Assembly (NCBI GenBank): GCA_964016885.1
Contig: OZ024746.1
Span: 101,246,001 to 101,310,000 of the forward strand
Direction: 5' to 3'
Source: Eledone cirrhosa
Taxonomy: Eukaryota
Length of the DNA: 64,000 nt
Position numbers and translations under genes: made by a program. The notes under the pieces are model-generated. The model worked only from the letters and a program-made list of their open reading frames with translations. It ran no database searches and had not been told where the DNA came from. Every line of letters starts with the position of its first letter. The first letter of the stretch is position 1. This document shows, one piece after another, positions 38,260-52,298 of this stretch.

Positions 38260-39325
38260 GCCTTCCCTGGAATTTGAAACAGGCAAAAAATATAGTTTTT
38301 AAAATATAGCTTATAAGCTGGCTCAGATTAAAAGTAGAATTCAAAGTTTAGCTCCATCATAGCTGTATACATATAAGTATGTGAATTTTGTATATCTAAT
38401 GATATATGGTATGTTTATATTCCAACATCTCAGCGGCCAGTTTCATTCTTTCTTTCAAATTAAATCTATATCCTCACTAGATAAACACACTTAGACACAC
38501 ACACACACATATTTTTCCCGTTTTATTATTATATATATCATCATCATCATCATCATCATCATCATTTTACGTCCGCTTTTCCCTGCTTGCAAGGGTGGGA
38601 TATATATATACACATATTCACACACACCTTTCACTACATAAACTTATATCATACACACACATACAAACATCCCACTAAGCACACTTACATTCACATACAC
38701 ACATCCATATATCATACATTTCACAATGCGCACATTCAAAATTTTAACGTCTTTTCATTTCATTTAACTTAAATCTGCTCCAAACAAACAAGTCAACCCC
38801 GATCAATCTTTTAAGTCTCTCAGCGATACTCCCTTGATAATGGATTTTTAAACCCGAAAATATTTGGGATTGTTAAATTTGCTAAGGTAAGATTCTTTTG
38901 TTATCTTAGCAATCTTGATTTTCTTTCTAATGCATTGTATGGTTTTCAAAATTCAAATTTGTGTTTCCTATTTAACAATGCTTCAAGCAAGCTACACGAT
39001 TCTGTTATATATATATTCTAGGGCGGGTAAAATTCCTGAGATCCATGGACGAGTTCTCTCCAGCGGTCTCTGTCCCTCATTATCGCTGCCATGTCCTGGG
39101 TATGACATTAAACTACATCCAGTAGCAAGGGTCCAGTTCGGGAGTTCAGGAGCTGTGGGGAATGTGGAGTTACCCCTTAGTTGTCATAACTCCCAGGTCT
39201 GCTCTGGCCCGGAGTAGTAGTACCTGTTCGGGCCCCATTTATGGGTTAAATAACTACCTTATTCGAGTGGCGCTGGTAAGGTATTGTCAGCCATTGAAAA
39301 GAAATATGCAGAGTCGATCTAACAG

Positions 39326-39366
<41 letters not shown>

Positions 39367-39513
39367 AAATAAGATTTCACTTCAAGCATAGCTTTATACA
39401 AATATGTATAGAAATTTTGTATTTCTAAAGAAACACGGTTTTAGGAAGCCGTAGCTATGCAACCACCGGGGCTAACGCCCTCTGGTGGTGTCCAGCAGAA
39501 GCAAGGGGGACAA

Positions 39514-39555
39514 CCGTCTATGCATTTCAGGCTTAACTGGCCATCTTCAGGACGG
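39514..39555 (-). ncRNA. Type I hammerhead ribozyme
   Basis: ccgtc CTGAAGA t ggc cagttaa gcc t GAA ATGCAT A gacgg: intact core, palindromic helix III. Lies in a ~360-bp unit bounded by direct repeats at 39366 and 39725. Confidence 0.82.
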
Positions 39556-41783
39556 TCCCTCTGGAGTAACAATTTCAATGGGAAGTAACTCTAGCTACTT
39601 CCCTTGTCTACTGCTGGACTTGAAAACAGTCGAGAATATATAGTTTTCTCGTCTGTGTAAATGAGGTGATTAATCTCATTTGCATATGAAGCTGCATAAG
39701 TTGGCTCAACTTATAATAGAAAAGAAATAAGATTTCGCTTCAAGCATAGCTTTATACAATATGTACAGAAATAGAAAAAAAATATATATATCTGTATTTT
39801 GTGTTCATAATTTGGCATTAATAATATACTGGTTGGAAGCCCTTCCTATCACCAGCACCACTTTACAGCATGGACTGGGTGCTTTTATTCGTGCCACCAG
39901 CACTGGACTCAGAAGCCCTCTCCTCCATCTCATAACTTTGGCATGGTTTTAATGGCTGAACAACACTTCCATCACCTCCATTTTACTATATGATGTCTCT
40001 CATTATCTCCCCCCTCCTCCTCCCTAACCTTATCTTCTCACAACGTTCACAAAAAGCAAAGATCTGTATTGTTGTTGTTGCTGTTGTTATTGTTATGGCA
40101 TTTGTTAGTAAGATGAGGCTAAGTTGGTTTATTTTTGCTATTGACAGAATCAAACACCTTCATATAAAATGCTAAAACAACTATTGTTTCCAATAATTCC
40201 ACAAACTTCACTAAATTGTACAATATATTTTTAGTGAGCTGGTCCCAGGGTTACTTACTCCAGTAGGTACCACCGGATCCCAACTACTAAATTTAATAGA
40301 AATATGAGATAGGAGAATTTTTATACAATATCATGCCGTGTGAGAATTATCTCTCACTACAAAAAGTAATGACTAAAACGTAACAAGTTTCTCAAAACGA
40401 ATATCAAAATTAACTTGCATTTAATGTAGTCCATGTTACAAATATGGTAAACAAATATCCTCGTGTCATAACGAGGTAAAATCCTGAACCATGAGATGTG
40501 ATTGGATAAAGGTTAGCATGCTTGCGCTCGATGTGATCAGTTTGAGAAAAAGCTGCCAGAAAGAGAAAGATGGATTTTAGTTTCCTTTTTTATAATCCCT
40601 TGGACGGAAGTTTCTAGGGAAGTTTCTAGAATTTCAATGGGAAGTAACTCTAGCTACTTCCCTTGTCTAGAGAGAGCTACATATTTCTTACTGATTTCTT
40701 CTGTGTTTTGTTTCTACATTTCTTCATTGGTTTGACAGATTTATAATTATGAAGAAAGAAACATTTCCTGACAAATAGGAATGGATTAACTTTAAACATC
40801 CTATAATGATTTAGCAGAATATATCTAAATTCATGTTTGTTAATTCAAATGTTTATAGTATCTTCACTACTGGACAGATCATTGTGAAAATTTGCAGTAA
40901 ATTAAAGATTTTAATTTCTAATGTGGTATTTTCTACTTAATGTGTTGCTAATGTGATTTTATGTGGTAGAAGATGTTAAGAGTTAATCTACACTGGACAG
41001 AGAACATAAATATAATTTTCAGTTGTTGGTGGTATTTAGACCCAAGATCATTCCTTCAGGCATTCTTGCCATGATCATTCCATCTTTTTCAATAGGATTA
41101 CATTATCTAATGTAAGATTTAACTGCTATTTCTAACAGACTGCACAGAGGCTTCTGGGGTTGATAAAATACCAGCCAAGTACTAACACTGATTTTTCTTC
41201 AACTTTCTGTGTTGCACTCTCTTTGGATTGGTTACATTGCATTGTGGAAAAGGTCACAAGAAACCATCCACAGTGTCTCTGTCTCTAGAAATGAAGAAGG
41301 GTTGAACAAGGGCAAGCAACCTCATATGATAGAAAGACTATTATGCTATTAGAATCATAAAAGGAAATAAAAAAGTATCTAGGATTATATTAATTAATAT
41401 GGCTTTACTTTTCTGAAGATGATTGTGTGTGATCTGAGGGAGATTTCCTTGCTATTTCTGGATGGCTCAGCAACAATCAACATGTTTTATATGAAAGTGT
41501 TGGTCTTTTTCACCTCCTCTGCAGACCGTGTTTTCCTCATACAATCTGTTTGGGGCTTGGTTCTCTGTTTGGCTGTCCTTTCTAATGCCAACCATATTAC
41601 AGTGTTTAGTAGGAACTTTTTATATGACATCACCCCTACCATTTTACAGGGTTGGATGGATGCTTTTGTCATATATATATGTATATATATATATATATAT
41701 ATGGAAGATCAGTAAAATCGAAGTTATGGCAGTTGGCCAACATCCGCGAAGTAACAATTTGGATTTGCATGAAGCACTCAATA

Positions 41784-41942
41784 ACAATTGTTTCTATTTT
41801 TGGCACAAGGCCAGCAATTATCCCAGTGCATTACTGGTACTTTATTCTATCGACCCAGTAAGGATGAAAGGCAAAGTCAACCTCAGCGGGATTTGAACTC
41901 AGATCGTAAAGGGACGTATCTACCGATACTGCCAATTCACCA
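41784..41942 (-). mobile_element. SINE family A
   Basis: Reverse complement of the family A consensus with an internal deletion. Confidence 0.85.
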
Positions 41943-42064
41943 ATAATAATGAATCTATAAATCGATAGGTTACACCTTAGAGTAAGAAACATATGTTAAA
42001 AAGTGTGACAAATTGAAAACTGTAGTTAAGGAGACATAGTCCGTGGAAGTTAGACATTAAATGA

Positions 42065-42107
<43 letters not shown>

Positions 42108-42230
42108 GTGTTTCCATAGGAAAGGTAAAGGAAAGGAGAGTGCTCTATGTAGGCTACAGAGCTATTTAGTTATGTAATAAACAACCTTTGGTAAATGGAA
42201 TAATTGTCTTATGTTGTTTATTACATAACT

Positions 42231-42261
<31 letters not shown>

Positions 42262-42355
42262 TTTACGTCCGCTTTTCCCTGCTTGCAAGGGAATATATAT
42301 ATATTAAATAAGAGAGATGGTATATATATATATATATATATATATACCATATTAT

Positions 42356-42560
42356 TATATATTATTCAAAATATTAATAAATGAAAAATATTCTCATAAT
42401 CAAAATATATATTTTATTATACATATTTCAAAGGTACAATGGTGTTTAAGTACGTATTTTGTCTGATGAAAACGTACTTAAACACCATTGTACCTTTGAA
42501 ATATGTATAATAAAATATATATTTTGATTATGAGAATATTTTTCATTTATTAATATTTTG

Positions 42561-42571
<11 letters not shown>
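42356..42571. repeat. 100-bp-arm hairpin flanked by (TA)n
   Basis: Arms 42356-42455 / 42472-42571, loop attttgtctgatgaaa. Confidence 0.92.
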
Positions 42572-42604
<33 letters not shown>

Positions 42605-45126
42605 TAATATACGTTTGATATGTTTGTGAGATATTTTAAGAGATATGCTGTTTGAAAGTGTCAAAATGAGTTTGAAACAAAGTAATGTTGATTTTAAACT
42701 TTATCTTCCTGGGATCAATGTATAGTTGATACTATAAATAGTAAAATAGCTCATGGGACAGGAATACAGCCCCCCCCCCCCCGGACTACTTCCTTATATT
42801 AGATGAAGTAGCTATAGCCAAAAGATGTTTCCATCTGAGAAGAGAGAGAGAGAGAGAAAGATATTTACTTTGAGATTTATCAGAGATGTCCCTACCATTA
42901 TCACCATTAAGTTTATGTTTATTTTCCATGCCTTTATGAGCTGAGTAAGCAAACATGTCCACAGAGTGTTATCAGTAGGGGAGAGGTGCCTGTATAGAGA
43001 AGGGTTTACTTCCAGTAATATAAATACTGACATCTCAAAGTAGTCCCTATCTATAAGGTGGGCAAGGGAGGGCATTAACCACACACAACTTGTCATGCAG
43101 TAAATTTACTAAGGGTACATGTACTGATGACGACAATATTTCAAGTTTTCAGCAACGATGACTTGACTAAAATTATGAACTAAACTAGCAATAATATTTA
43201 TCCATGGCTTCAAATTTTAAAAGTTCTGAATATAAAAGAACAAAAGGCCAACCAACAAGCTGTCTCCTTTGAAATATTTACTAGAGAAACATTTTTCTAA
43301 GATATTTTCTTCCCTGTTTAGTATAGAACTATTTTTCAATGTACACTCAATATGGCTGAATGCTTCAGACATTCACTTTACAATCTAAGTTCTGAGTTTA
43401 ATTCTATGTTAGGCTAATGTCATCTACCATGACGTTATGTTAACTGATGTCTTGTGAACGAAACTAGGTGGATGCAAACTGTTTGGGTCATCAGATGGTC
43501 TGTAATTCAAAGAACCAGTCATACACTATGCCATGCGGAATTGCCCTGAAAATTATGTCTGTGGAATGTTCAGCATGAGCAGGCTGTTCTATTGAACATC
43601 TGGAATACTCCTCATCAAAACTGTCAGAGGTCCATTCCATTTTGGATGAGGAAAGTCTATAAATATGTTTGACAGATGATCCTCTATCTATAAACCCTGC
43701 AGTGAATTACTGCCAACTTTCCAACACAAACTGTCAGTATGATCTCAAATAGTAAAAAGAATTTGAACATGTGACCAGTGGACTATTTCCTTAATATAAC
43801 AGTTGATATAACATGCCAAAATTTAATTACAGCAATTAACTCATAATACCTCGTTATAGTTTAAAAAGAAATATTGAAAAATTGGTTTGTTAATTCAAAT
43901 GGTTATAGCATCATTACTAATGTACAGATGGGTTGAGAAAATTTGTAGTATTAGAGAGAAGGCTTTAATGTTTAATGTAATATAGCCATAGTACAGTTTT
44001 AGTAGTATATAGATAGTCATAGTACAGTTTTAGTAGTATATGGATAGTCATAGTACAGTTTTATATTTTTCAAGATTGTATTGCTCAATGTGGTTTCATG
44101 TGGTACAGGATGTTGAGAGTTGATGACTTCTTTTAATGAGAAATAAGAACAAATATAAAAGTTTGGTATATAGTGCAATTGTATTTGAAAATGTTAGTGG
44201 GAAGCCAGATGCTAGAGAAGATTGAATTCTAGTCTGAGAAGAGAACTTTTCAATGACTGCTGCAGCCCACTTTAGGGACAAGTCAGAAATTCCAAGATAT
44301 TTAGAAAACTTGAGTATTTTAAATTCACCACTCTTAGACATAGAACAGTGAAGTTGTAAGTAAATCAAGTTTATTTCTATTTAAAAAGAGTTCAATAGAA
44401 ACTACTTCCAATGCTCTGAAGAAGGTATCGACACAACATAATCTCATTATGAAGCCTTTAAGTCATCAATTAATATCAAGCTACAGATGAAGGGATCTAC
44501 TGCAGGTGTTATATCAGATATATACATGATGTAATAATATACTGCAGCATACTTGTAACACTGTTGTGTAGTTGATTTGTGTAAGCAAAGTATTAAGAGG
44601 AGATATTAAATAAATATGAAACTATTTTGCACTTTAAAGCTATAAGATGTTCTATGCTACATTAGGGAGTCCAGAAAAGAACCAGTTTTAGAATTCATAT
44701 TAACATATTAACTGTACTTCAGGATTTTCATATAAAAAATAATATCTTGATTTGAACTAAGGTTATTACAATCTCACATCCCCAGGGCTCATGCCTCACA
44801 CCCCAGGGGCTCATGCTGATAATATTCCCTTAGATAAGAACTAAATTCAGCATCTGGTTTTTTCTGTTTTACTTACATTTTTGTTTGTAATAATTATTTT
44901 CCAACGAGAAATAATATAGAAACATTGAATTATTTCTGCTTGAGAAAGATAATATGAATGAAGGGCTCAAACATAGGATTTAGGTAATATATAAAAAAAG
45001 GAAATCTGATCTGTTATTAGAGAGTTGTTGTTTAACCCCAGGTCAGCCCCGATTAAGCAGACCTACGATAAAAAACTTTCCAGTTACGATCAACCAATAT
45101 ATTGTCAAGTATCATACATTTAATAC

Positions 45127-45322
45127 TATAGGGTGGCCCAAAAGTCGAGGTTGCAACTGTTTATAATTTTTTTAATTTATATTTTATAATATAGAGGTGT
45201 CACAAGGATTGACAAGTGCAAAATAATTTCCATTATGTCCTCTAAGTTGTATCAAAATTTCATACATCAATCTGTACAATTCAGGAAGTTAATAAAAACT
45301 AAAACTTTTCGGCCACTCTGTA
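45127..45322. mobile_element. Tc1/mariner-like MITE
   Basis: TA-tagggtggcccaaaagt ... acttttcggccactctg-TA: imperfect terminal inverted repeats with TA flanks. Confidence 0.65.
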
Positions 45323-46956
45323 CATTATGCAATGTAATCTTATGTATCATCTTAAAGGTGGTAGGGTATTTCTAGCATCTTAAGCAGCCATGTAAAGAAT
45401 CCCTCATTGAGATGAATTGGTGAATGATAGGACAAGAGGTGCTGTTTAAATTTACAGTGAAATATTATGATTGTCTACAAGATTTCTTTTGAAGTTTAAG
45501 TGTAGAATGGTGAGAGGAAAGAAAAGTGTGTTTTTACATCATTAGTAACTTTAGAATTCTTCCCTAGGGTTAGGCTACTTCTATCAGCCAAATTTCCCCT
45601 GTCCGTAAAATATCCCACTACCGATCTTAAGGAGACACTGGATAATGTAGTCTAATAAGACAGGGGGTGGAATAACATCACAGCTTCTATGAAGGCTGTA
45701 CAAGCCGAACAATAACAAAATCTCTTTAAAATGATCATTAGATATTTTACACTTAAATCTTATAAATAAATCAATATATATTGTAAATACAGTTGTACAT
45801 AAATTAAGATTTAATCAAACTACGTATTATTACATAGGGAGCTCTGTATAGAAGTAGCACCTTTGTTGTCTGGTGGAATTAACAGTCAAAGTAGGATCTC
45901 ATCCACCTCCTAAATATCTGGTACACCAGCTGGCTCTTAGTACCTCACACTGGTACACCACACCAGCTGGTGAGGGGTGGTGTTGACACTGGGTGGAGGA
46001 GTTGCACCTAACAGCCAAATGCCAGGGTGGCAGAAGTCCATGTTTGACTCAACAGCCACATGTAAAGGAGTAAACCTTACAAATCAGGAGTGGAGCTACA
46101 AAGGTGGACCAGTGTCTTGCAAACACTGTTTTGGCAGCTCCTGCTGGTGCCAAATGTGATACTTCACATTCCTTTGGACCCCACCAGTAAGGCAGAGATG
46201 GGGATCCTGACAACTGGGCCCCATACTTTATGCCCAGGCTTGTACCCTGGAAATGCCACCCCAGCCACGCTCTCATGTGAGGAAACAACAGGGAAACTGG
46301 CAGTTTACGAGTTATAAGTTCCAATCCCAATTGGCATAGAGAATGGGGCACCAAGGGTCAGCTTCAATGGTAGGAGGGATCATTGTATCCCAATGGAACA
46401 CTATTTCCTGCCTAAAGCCAGCTGTCCCCAGTCTATATGGTGTTGTCCCACCAACGTCTGCCTGCTTCAGTGGGTACCTGAAGCTCAGTGTATTGACATG
46501 CACAACAGACAGGAACCTTGTACTAGACAAAAATAAACTTAAACAAATCAAAGAAGACCCCAGCTCTTTGACTTACAAGTTGGAACATACACAGCATGTG
46601 CAGAAGCACCTCTGAAGACCTTAGAGATGTGGACAACACAAAGAAGACAGCCATCATTGACAGAGAGTTCTCCAGACTCAGCATAACTGCCCTTCAGGAA
46701 ACTAAGCTGGTCTCCAGTGGCTTTCTCAGAGAAGAACTACATCTTCTTCTGGAAGGGTAAAGAACCTGAAGAGTCCCTCCATCAACCCCCCCCCCCCCCC
46801 TGGCTGCTGTACAGCCTCCCTCACAGAACATATACGTTCCATCCGACTTAGTACTGCTTCAGGCCCCTGTCAATGTCATTAGTGTCTATGCTTCCACCCT
46901 CACCTCATCAGAAGACACAAAGGACCAGTTCTACGGGAAACTTGAACTTGTTCAGG

Positions 46957-47116
46957 GATGCCCAGGATGGCCAGATGCCCAGGATGGCCAGATGCCCAGG
47001 ATGGCCAGATGCCCAGGATGGCCAGATGCCCAGGATGGCCAGATGCCCAGGATGGCCAGATGCCCAGGATGACCAGATGCCCAGGATGGCCAGATGCCCA
47101 GGATGGCCAGATGCCT
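46957..47116 (+). repeat. 17-bp minisatellite (gatgcccaggatggcca, ~9 copies) inside LINE endonuclease
   Basis: Direct tandem units. Confidence 0.95.
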
Positions 47117-48195
47117 ACGAGACCATAGCACTGGAAAAATCAATGAGGATGGTCAGAGACTACTGGAAATGTGCACATACCATAACCTCTGTGTCACAAA
47201 CACCTTCTTTGAGAGCAACTCACAAAAACAAAGTGTAAAGGAGGCTCCCCATATCTCATCACTGGCACCAACTTGACCAGATCATCAGCAGACACCCAGC
47301 TCTTAACAGTGTCCTTGTCACCTGAAGTTACCACAGAGCCAACTGTGACACCGACCACGCCCTTGTCAGCTGCAATGTGCACCTCCAACCTCACACACTA
47401 CACTACACCAAGCAAAAGGGTCGTCCTCATATCAACACTGCACAGATGTCTGTTTCCCTCAAGGTGGAAGAATATATATCTACCCTAAACTAAGCTCTCC
47501 AGGACCTGCCAGAAAATGATGCCTCAACAAAATGGGATGCCATGAAGGATGCCATTTACAGTTCAGCCATGGCCACATTTGACAAGAAAGAATAACCCAA
47601 TGAGGATTGGTTCAGTGCACACCTACCAAAAATGGAACCAACAGAGAAGGCCTATTTGAACTTCTCCACAGCCCCGTGATCTCCTTCCATACTGACATGA
47701 AGGGAACAGTCCTCTATGATGGATCCTCCTTGCATCCCTTCCCCATCAACAGTGGTGTTAAGCAGGGCTGCATGCTGGTACTGACCCTCATTGAGATATT
47801 CTACTCCCTGGTCAAACACCATCATGGTTGACAAAGAGAAGTGAAAGAACACAACAAGATTCAAGTGGACTAGGTCTATGTAGCACTTTTGCTAAGAATG
47901 GAAGTGAAACCTGGAAGACCAGCACGAGACAAGTCAATGTCTTCCACATGCGCTATCTCAAACACATCCTTGAAGCCAGCTGGCAGGACCATATCGCACA
48001 CAATGATATCCTACAACATGCCAGGATTGCCAGCATGTATTCCCCGCTGAGCGAGCGCTGTCTTCATTGTCTAGGACTTATTTGGAGTATAGAGGATTGG
48101 AGGTTGACCATCTCTCCATTTCAGGGAAACATGGAAAAGAGATATGAAAGCCAGCAATATCCCTGCTTCCAGATGTAGATGCAAAAAGAGGTCAA

Positions 48196-48525
48196 TTACT
48201 ACTACTACTACTACTACCACCACTGCTACTACTACCACCACCACTACTGCTACTACTGCTGCTACTACTACTACCACTACTGCTACTACTACTACTACCA
48301 CCACCACTACTGCTACTACTACTACTACTACTACTACTATTACTACTACCACCACTACTGCTACTACTACCACCACCACTACTGCTACTACTACCACCAC
48401 CACCACTACTACTACTACTACCACCACTACGGCTACTACTACTACTACCACCACCACTACTGCTACTACTACTGCTTCTACTACTACCACCACTACTGCT
48501 ACTACCACCACCACCACCGCCGCCG

Positions 48526-48578
<53 letters not shown>

Positions 48579-48622
48579 GCTACTACTACTACTACCACCA
48601 CCACTACTGCTACTACTACTGC

Positions 48623-48655
<33 letters not shown>

Positions 48656-48786
48656 TACTGCTACTACTACCACCACCACTACTGCTACTACTACTACTAC
48701 TACCACCACTGCTACTACTACCACCACCACTACTGCTACTACTACTACCACTACTGCTACTACTACTACTACCACCACCACTACTG

Positions 48787-48832
<46 letters not shown>

Positions 48833-48861
48833 TACTGCTACTACTACCACCACCACTACTG

Positions 48862-48901
<40 letters not shown>

Positions 48902-49029
48902 CACCACTACTACTACCACCACCACTACTGCTACTACTACTGCTACTACTACTACTTCTACTACTACCACCACTACTGCTACTACTACCACCACCACCAC
49001 TGCTACTACTACCACCACCACCACTACTG

Positions 49030-49073
<44 letters not shown>

Positions 49074-49104
49074 GCTACTACTACTACTACCACCACCACT
49101 ACTG

Positions 49105-49141
<37 letters not shown>

Positions 49142-49170
49142 TACTGCTACTACTACCACCACCACTACTG

Positions 49171-49201
<31 letters not shown>

Positions 49202-49229
49202 CACCACTGCTGCTACTACCACCACCACG

Positions 49230-49294
<65 letters not shown>

Positions 49295-49305
49295 CACTAT
49301 TACTG
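48196..49305. repeat. 1.1-kb compound (TAC/CAC/TGC)n microsatellite
   Basis: Direct reading. Source of the poly-T/V/S/Y ORFs. Confidence 0.97.
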
Positions 49306-49385
49306 CTATAGCCTGGAGGATGATAACAGAAGGCTGTGAGAGAGCCTGATGGATGCCAACTTACTAAACTTCTCACTATAGTCAT

Positions 49386-49568
49386 TATTGGCAGTATCAG
49401 TAGAGGGTCGGACGTCATGCTTTCCAGCATAGTTATGTCCCTTTACGATCTGAGTTCAAATCCCGCCGAGGTTGACTTTGCCTTTCATCCTTACGGGGTC
49501 GATAAAATAAAGTACCAGTAATGTACTGGGTAATTGCTGGCCTTGTGCCTAAAGTAGAAACAATTATT
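49386..49568 (+). mobile_element. SINE family A
   Basis: Full consensus match. Confidence 0.88.
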
Positions 49569-50404
49569 AATTTAAACCTTGTTGACTGCACCTCTGTACT
49601 TGGCTTATACAGCCCTAATGTCTTTGTCCCCCGCATTCTATAACATGCATTAACTTTCTACTTCCCTCCTTGCGAACTATACTTGTCTTCTAGCCTCTCT
49701 CCTAGCATTCTGGTAGACTTCTCTACTACCCCCATCTTCTTATTCCTTCCTGTCTCTTGGCCTTATCTGCACTACTATTCCACCACCAAGTCATTCTCCT
49801 ACTTGCTGGACCCCTGCTCCGGCCACATACCTCATTTGTGGCCTTCAGTAGATTATCTCTCAGGAACTCCCACTTCTCCTCAATGTTGTATGTCTCTATC
49901 TCTTCTTCCTTATATTCAAAAGCATTAAGATATTCCTAAATTTGTTACTGGCTGTGGGCTCCTTCCATATCATCCTCCTCCAGGTTTCTCTGTTTCAAAG
50001 TTCATCGTGCTGTAATTAACAAATCACTGACTACCAGATTATGTTGGGAGGTGCGTACGTCACTAGGGAGGGATTTTCTGTTTACAACCATTGCTCTATC
50101 TCGCCATCTGATGAGGAGGAAACCTATTTGGTTGGTGTGTTCACCTGATCTATAGGTGATCATCATCCTTGATTAATATCTATTTTCCATGCTAGTATGG
50201 GTTTTATATATATATATATATATCATCATCGTTTAACGTCCATCTTCCACGTTAGCAATATTCTGTCATTACAACAACAGAGGTCCGATGATCTTTTGAT
50301 TCCAGAGTCAGGCTAAATTGATACAGATCGAACCTTGAGCTGATCAATAGCGAAACACACATCACCAATCAATAAACATAATGAAGGCTCAACAAATTGT
50401 CTTC

Positions 50405-51445
50405 AGGATAAACTCTACAGGCATGGAGGTGCCGTCAGCCGGGCATGTCCGAGATGCGCGCAGGGCGACGAAACCGTCCTGCACGCACTCGTCCAGTGTC
50501 CGAGCATTGCTGACTTGTGGGTTTATTTCGAACACCTGCTGTCGCGTGTAGGACGAATCCGGCTATCAGCTGAGTCCATCGTGAGGATTGCCCCGCCCTC
50601 TTCCTTTAGCCGGGAAGGGCAGGTAGTTTTTATCTGTCTGGTGGCCTTGGCGAAAGAGATAGTATGGTGGACACGTTTGAAAGGGCTGAAGATGAGCACT
50701 TACCTCTTCGGTGATGCCCTGATTGACTTTTTCAAATTTCATTTGAAAAGGAAAATCAGGGTAGAGAGGGAGGTGCTCTCTTTCCAGCATTTTGTTGAAA
50801 GATGGGTGAGAGAAGCAAGAATGGCCCGAGTGAATGGGCCTACTCTGAGTATCATTTCATTTCATTTTACGTCCGCTTTTTCCCTGCTTGCAAGGGTGGG
50901 ACGGGAACTGATTCTGGCTTGATTTCTACAGCTGGATGCCCTTCCTAACACCAATCTCATTTACAGTGAGTGCTGGGTGCTTTTTTGCCGTGGCACCTAC
51001 ACGTCCACTTTACAGTGGAATAATAGAGACCCCAGTCACTATCATCTCAGTAAACTGGAGCAATGTGAAATAAAGTGTCTTGCTCAAGGAAACAACACAT
51101 CGCCCGGTCTGAGAATTGAACTCACAACCTTTCGATTGCAAGGCCAATGCTCTAACCACTAAGCCATGTGCCTCCAAGTATTTGTCTGTAAATTAAAGGT
51201 GGAAAACTGGGAGAGGGTACTTGCCCTGGTCGTCAGGGTCACTGTGGCCTTTTAATGGGCTTTCTCCACAAATGTCCCTCCGAAGTCTCCCCCCTTATTG
51301 GGGAATTTTTCATTGTTATTTTTTTGTTACATCCTCTATTTTTGCTTTTTTACACGCAGAAATGCCCATTTGTACTGTCCTGTATTGTCCTGCACTGTTC
51401 TTAATGTCTACTTTATGTAAACCCTTGTGGTTAATAAAGAAAACA
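50405..51445 (+). mobile_element. Tx1/L1-type LINE 3' end (zinc-binding CCHC region + 3' UTR), interrupted by a SINE B
   Basis: DKLYRHG...CPRCAQGDETVLHALVQCP...LW...FVERW; pyrimidine-rich UTR ending ttaataaagaaa, then (TTA)n. Confidence 0.78.
50852..51175 (-). mobile_element. Full-length SINE family B
   Basis: Reverse complement of 22527-22872; flanked by agtat on both sides. Confidence 0.9.
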
Positions 51446-51974
51446 TTATTATTATTATTATTATTATTATAATATATATATATATAGGTATGTGTGTGTG
51501 TATGTATATAACATATATATATCAAATTTATTTATACAAATATACATACATACATGTGTTTGTGTAACTCTAAATGCTACCATGTTTTACACCATGATGA
51601 GAGCAGTTAACTGTGGAAAAATAATTAAACAATTCAACTTTTAGAAATGATTTAAAATTGAATGAGGCTTCCATTGAATATGGGAACTGCTTCAATTTTC
51701 TTGTTTTTCCTCATTGCCATCAATATGCTAGAATTCAATAGAAAGTAGTATTTAGTTTAGACTGGTAGCCAGTGAGTAATAGAGGAAATTCAGATGTGTT
51801 ATTAATATTATTACCACACCCTTATATTACTTGCATGATTCTTGCAACATATTGCTTAGTCTGCTAATGAAATTAAATTTGAATCATGCTAAATATATGT
51901 GTGCATGGTTGCCTGTATATATGTACATATGTATACAAGGTGGCACAGGGTAAAATAGTTCAGCAGTTTGTTTT

Positions 51975-52298
51975 ATATACAAGAGAAGTTGGGTTTTACA
52001 TACAAGAGAATTTGGGTTTCCTATACAAGAGATGTTGGGTTTTATATAAGAGATGTCGGGTTTCCTATACAAGAGATTTTGGTTTTTATATATAAGAGAG
52101 TTAGGTTTCTTATACAAGAGATATTGGGTTTTATATACAAGAGATGTCGGGTTTCCTATGCAAGAGATGTTGGGTTTCCTATACAAGAGGTTTTGGGTTT
52201 TATATATAAGAGAAGTTAGGTTTCCTATACAAGAGATGTTGGGTTTCCTATACAAGAGACTTTTTGTTTTATATACAAAAGATGTTGGGTTTTCTATA
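51975..52298. repeat. Degenerate 21-22 bp minisatellite (tatacaagagatgttgggtttcc)
   Basis: About 15 diverged tandem units. Confidence 0.9.

Larger units (their letters stand above)
45950..49365 (+). pseudogene. Highly decayed RTE/BovB-like LINE (5' UTR, APE, RT pieces, C-terminus)
   Basis: KTAIIDRE.SRL, ALQETKL, GKINEDGQRLLEMC...LCVTNTFF, HWHQLD, F.INSGVKQGC.L, GSETW, FHMRYLKHIL..SWQD, KRDMKA...WR. Confidence 0.8.

Noticed and set aside
48071-49430. Mucin-like poly-Thr, poly-Val, Ser/Gly and Tyr/His ORFs
   Set aside because: All are frames of one trinucleotide microsatellite inside a dead LINE.
50100-50140. CTGATGAggagGAAAC hammerhead-like string
   Set aside because: No stem II, and stem I does not pair adjacent to the core. 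At best a deleted remnant.
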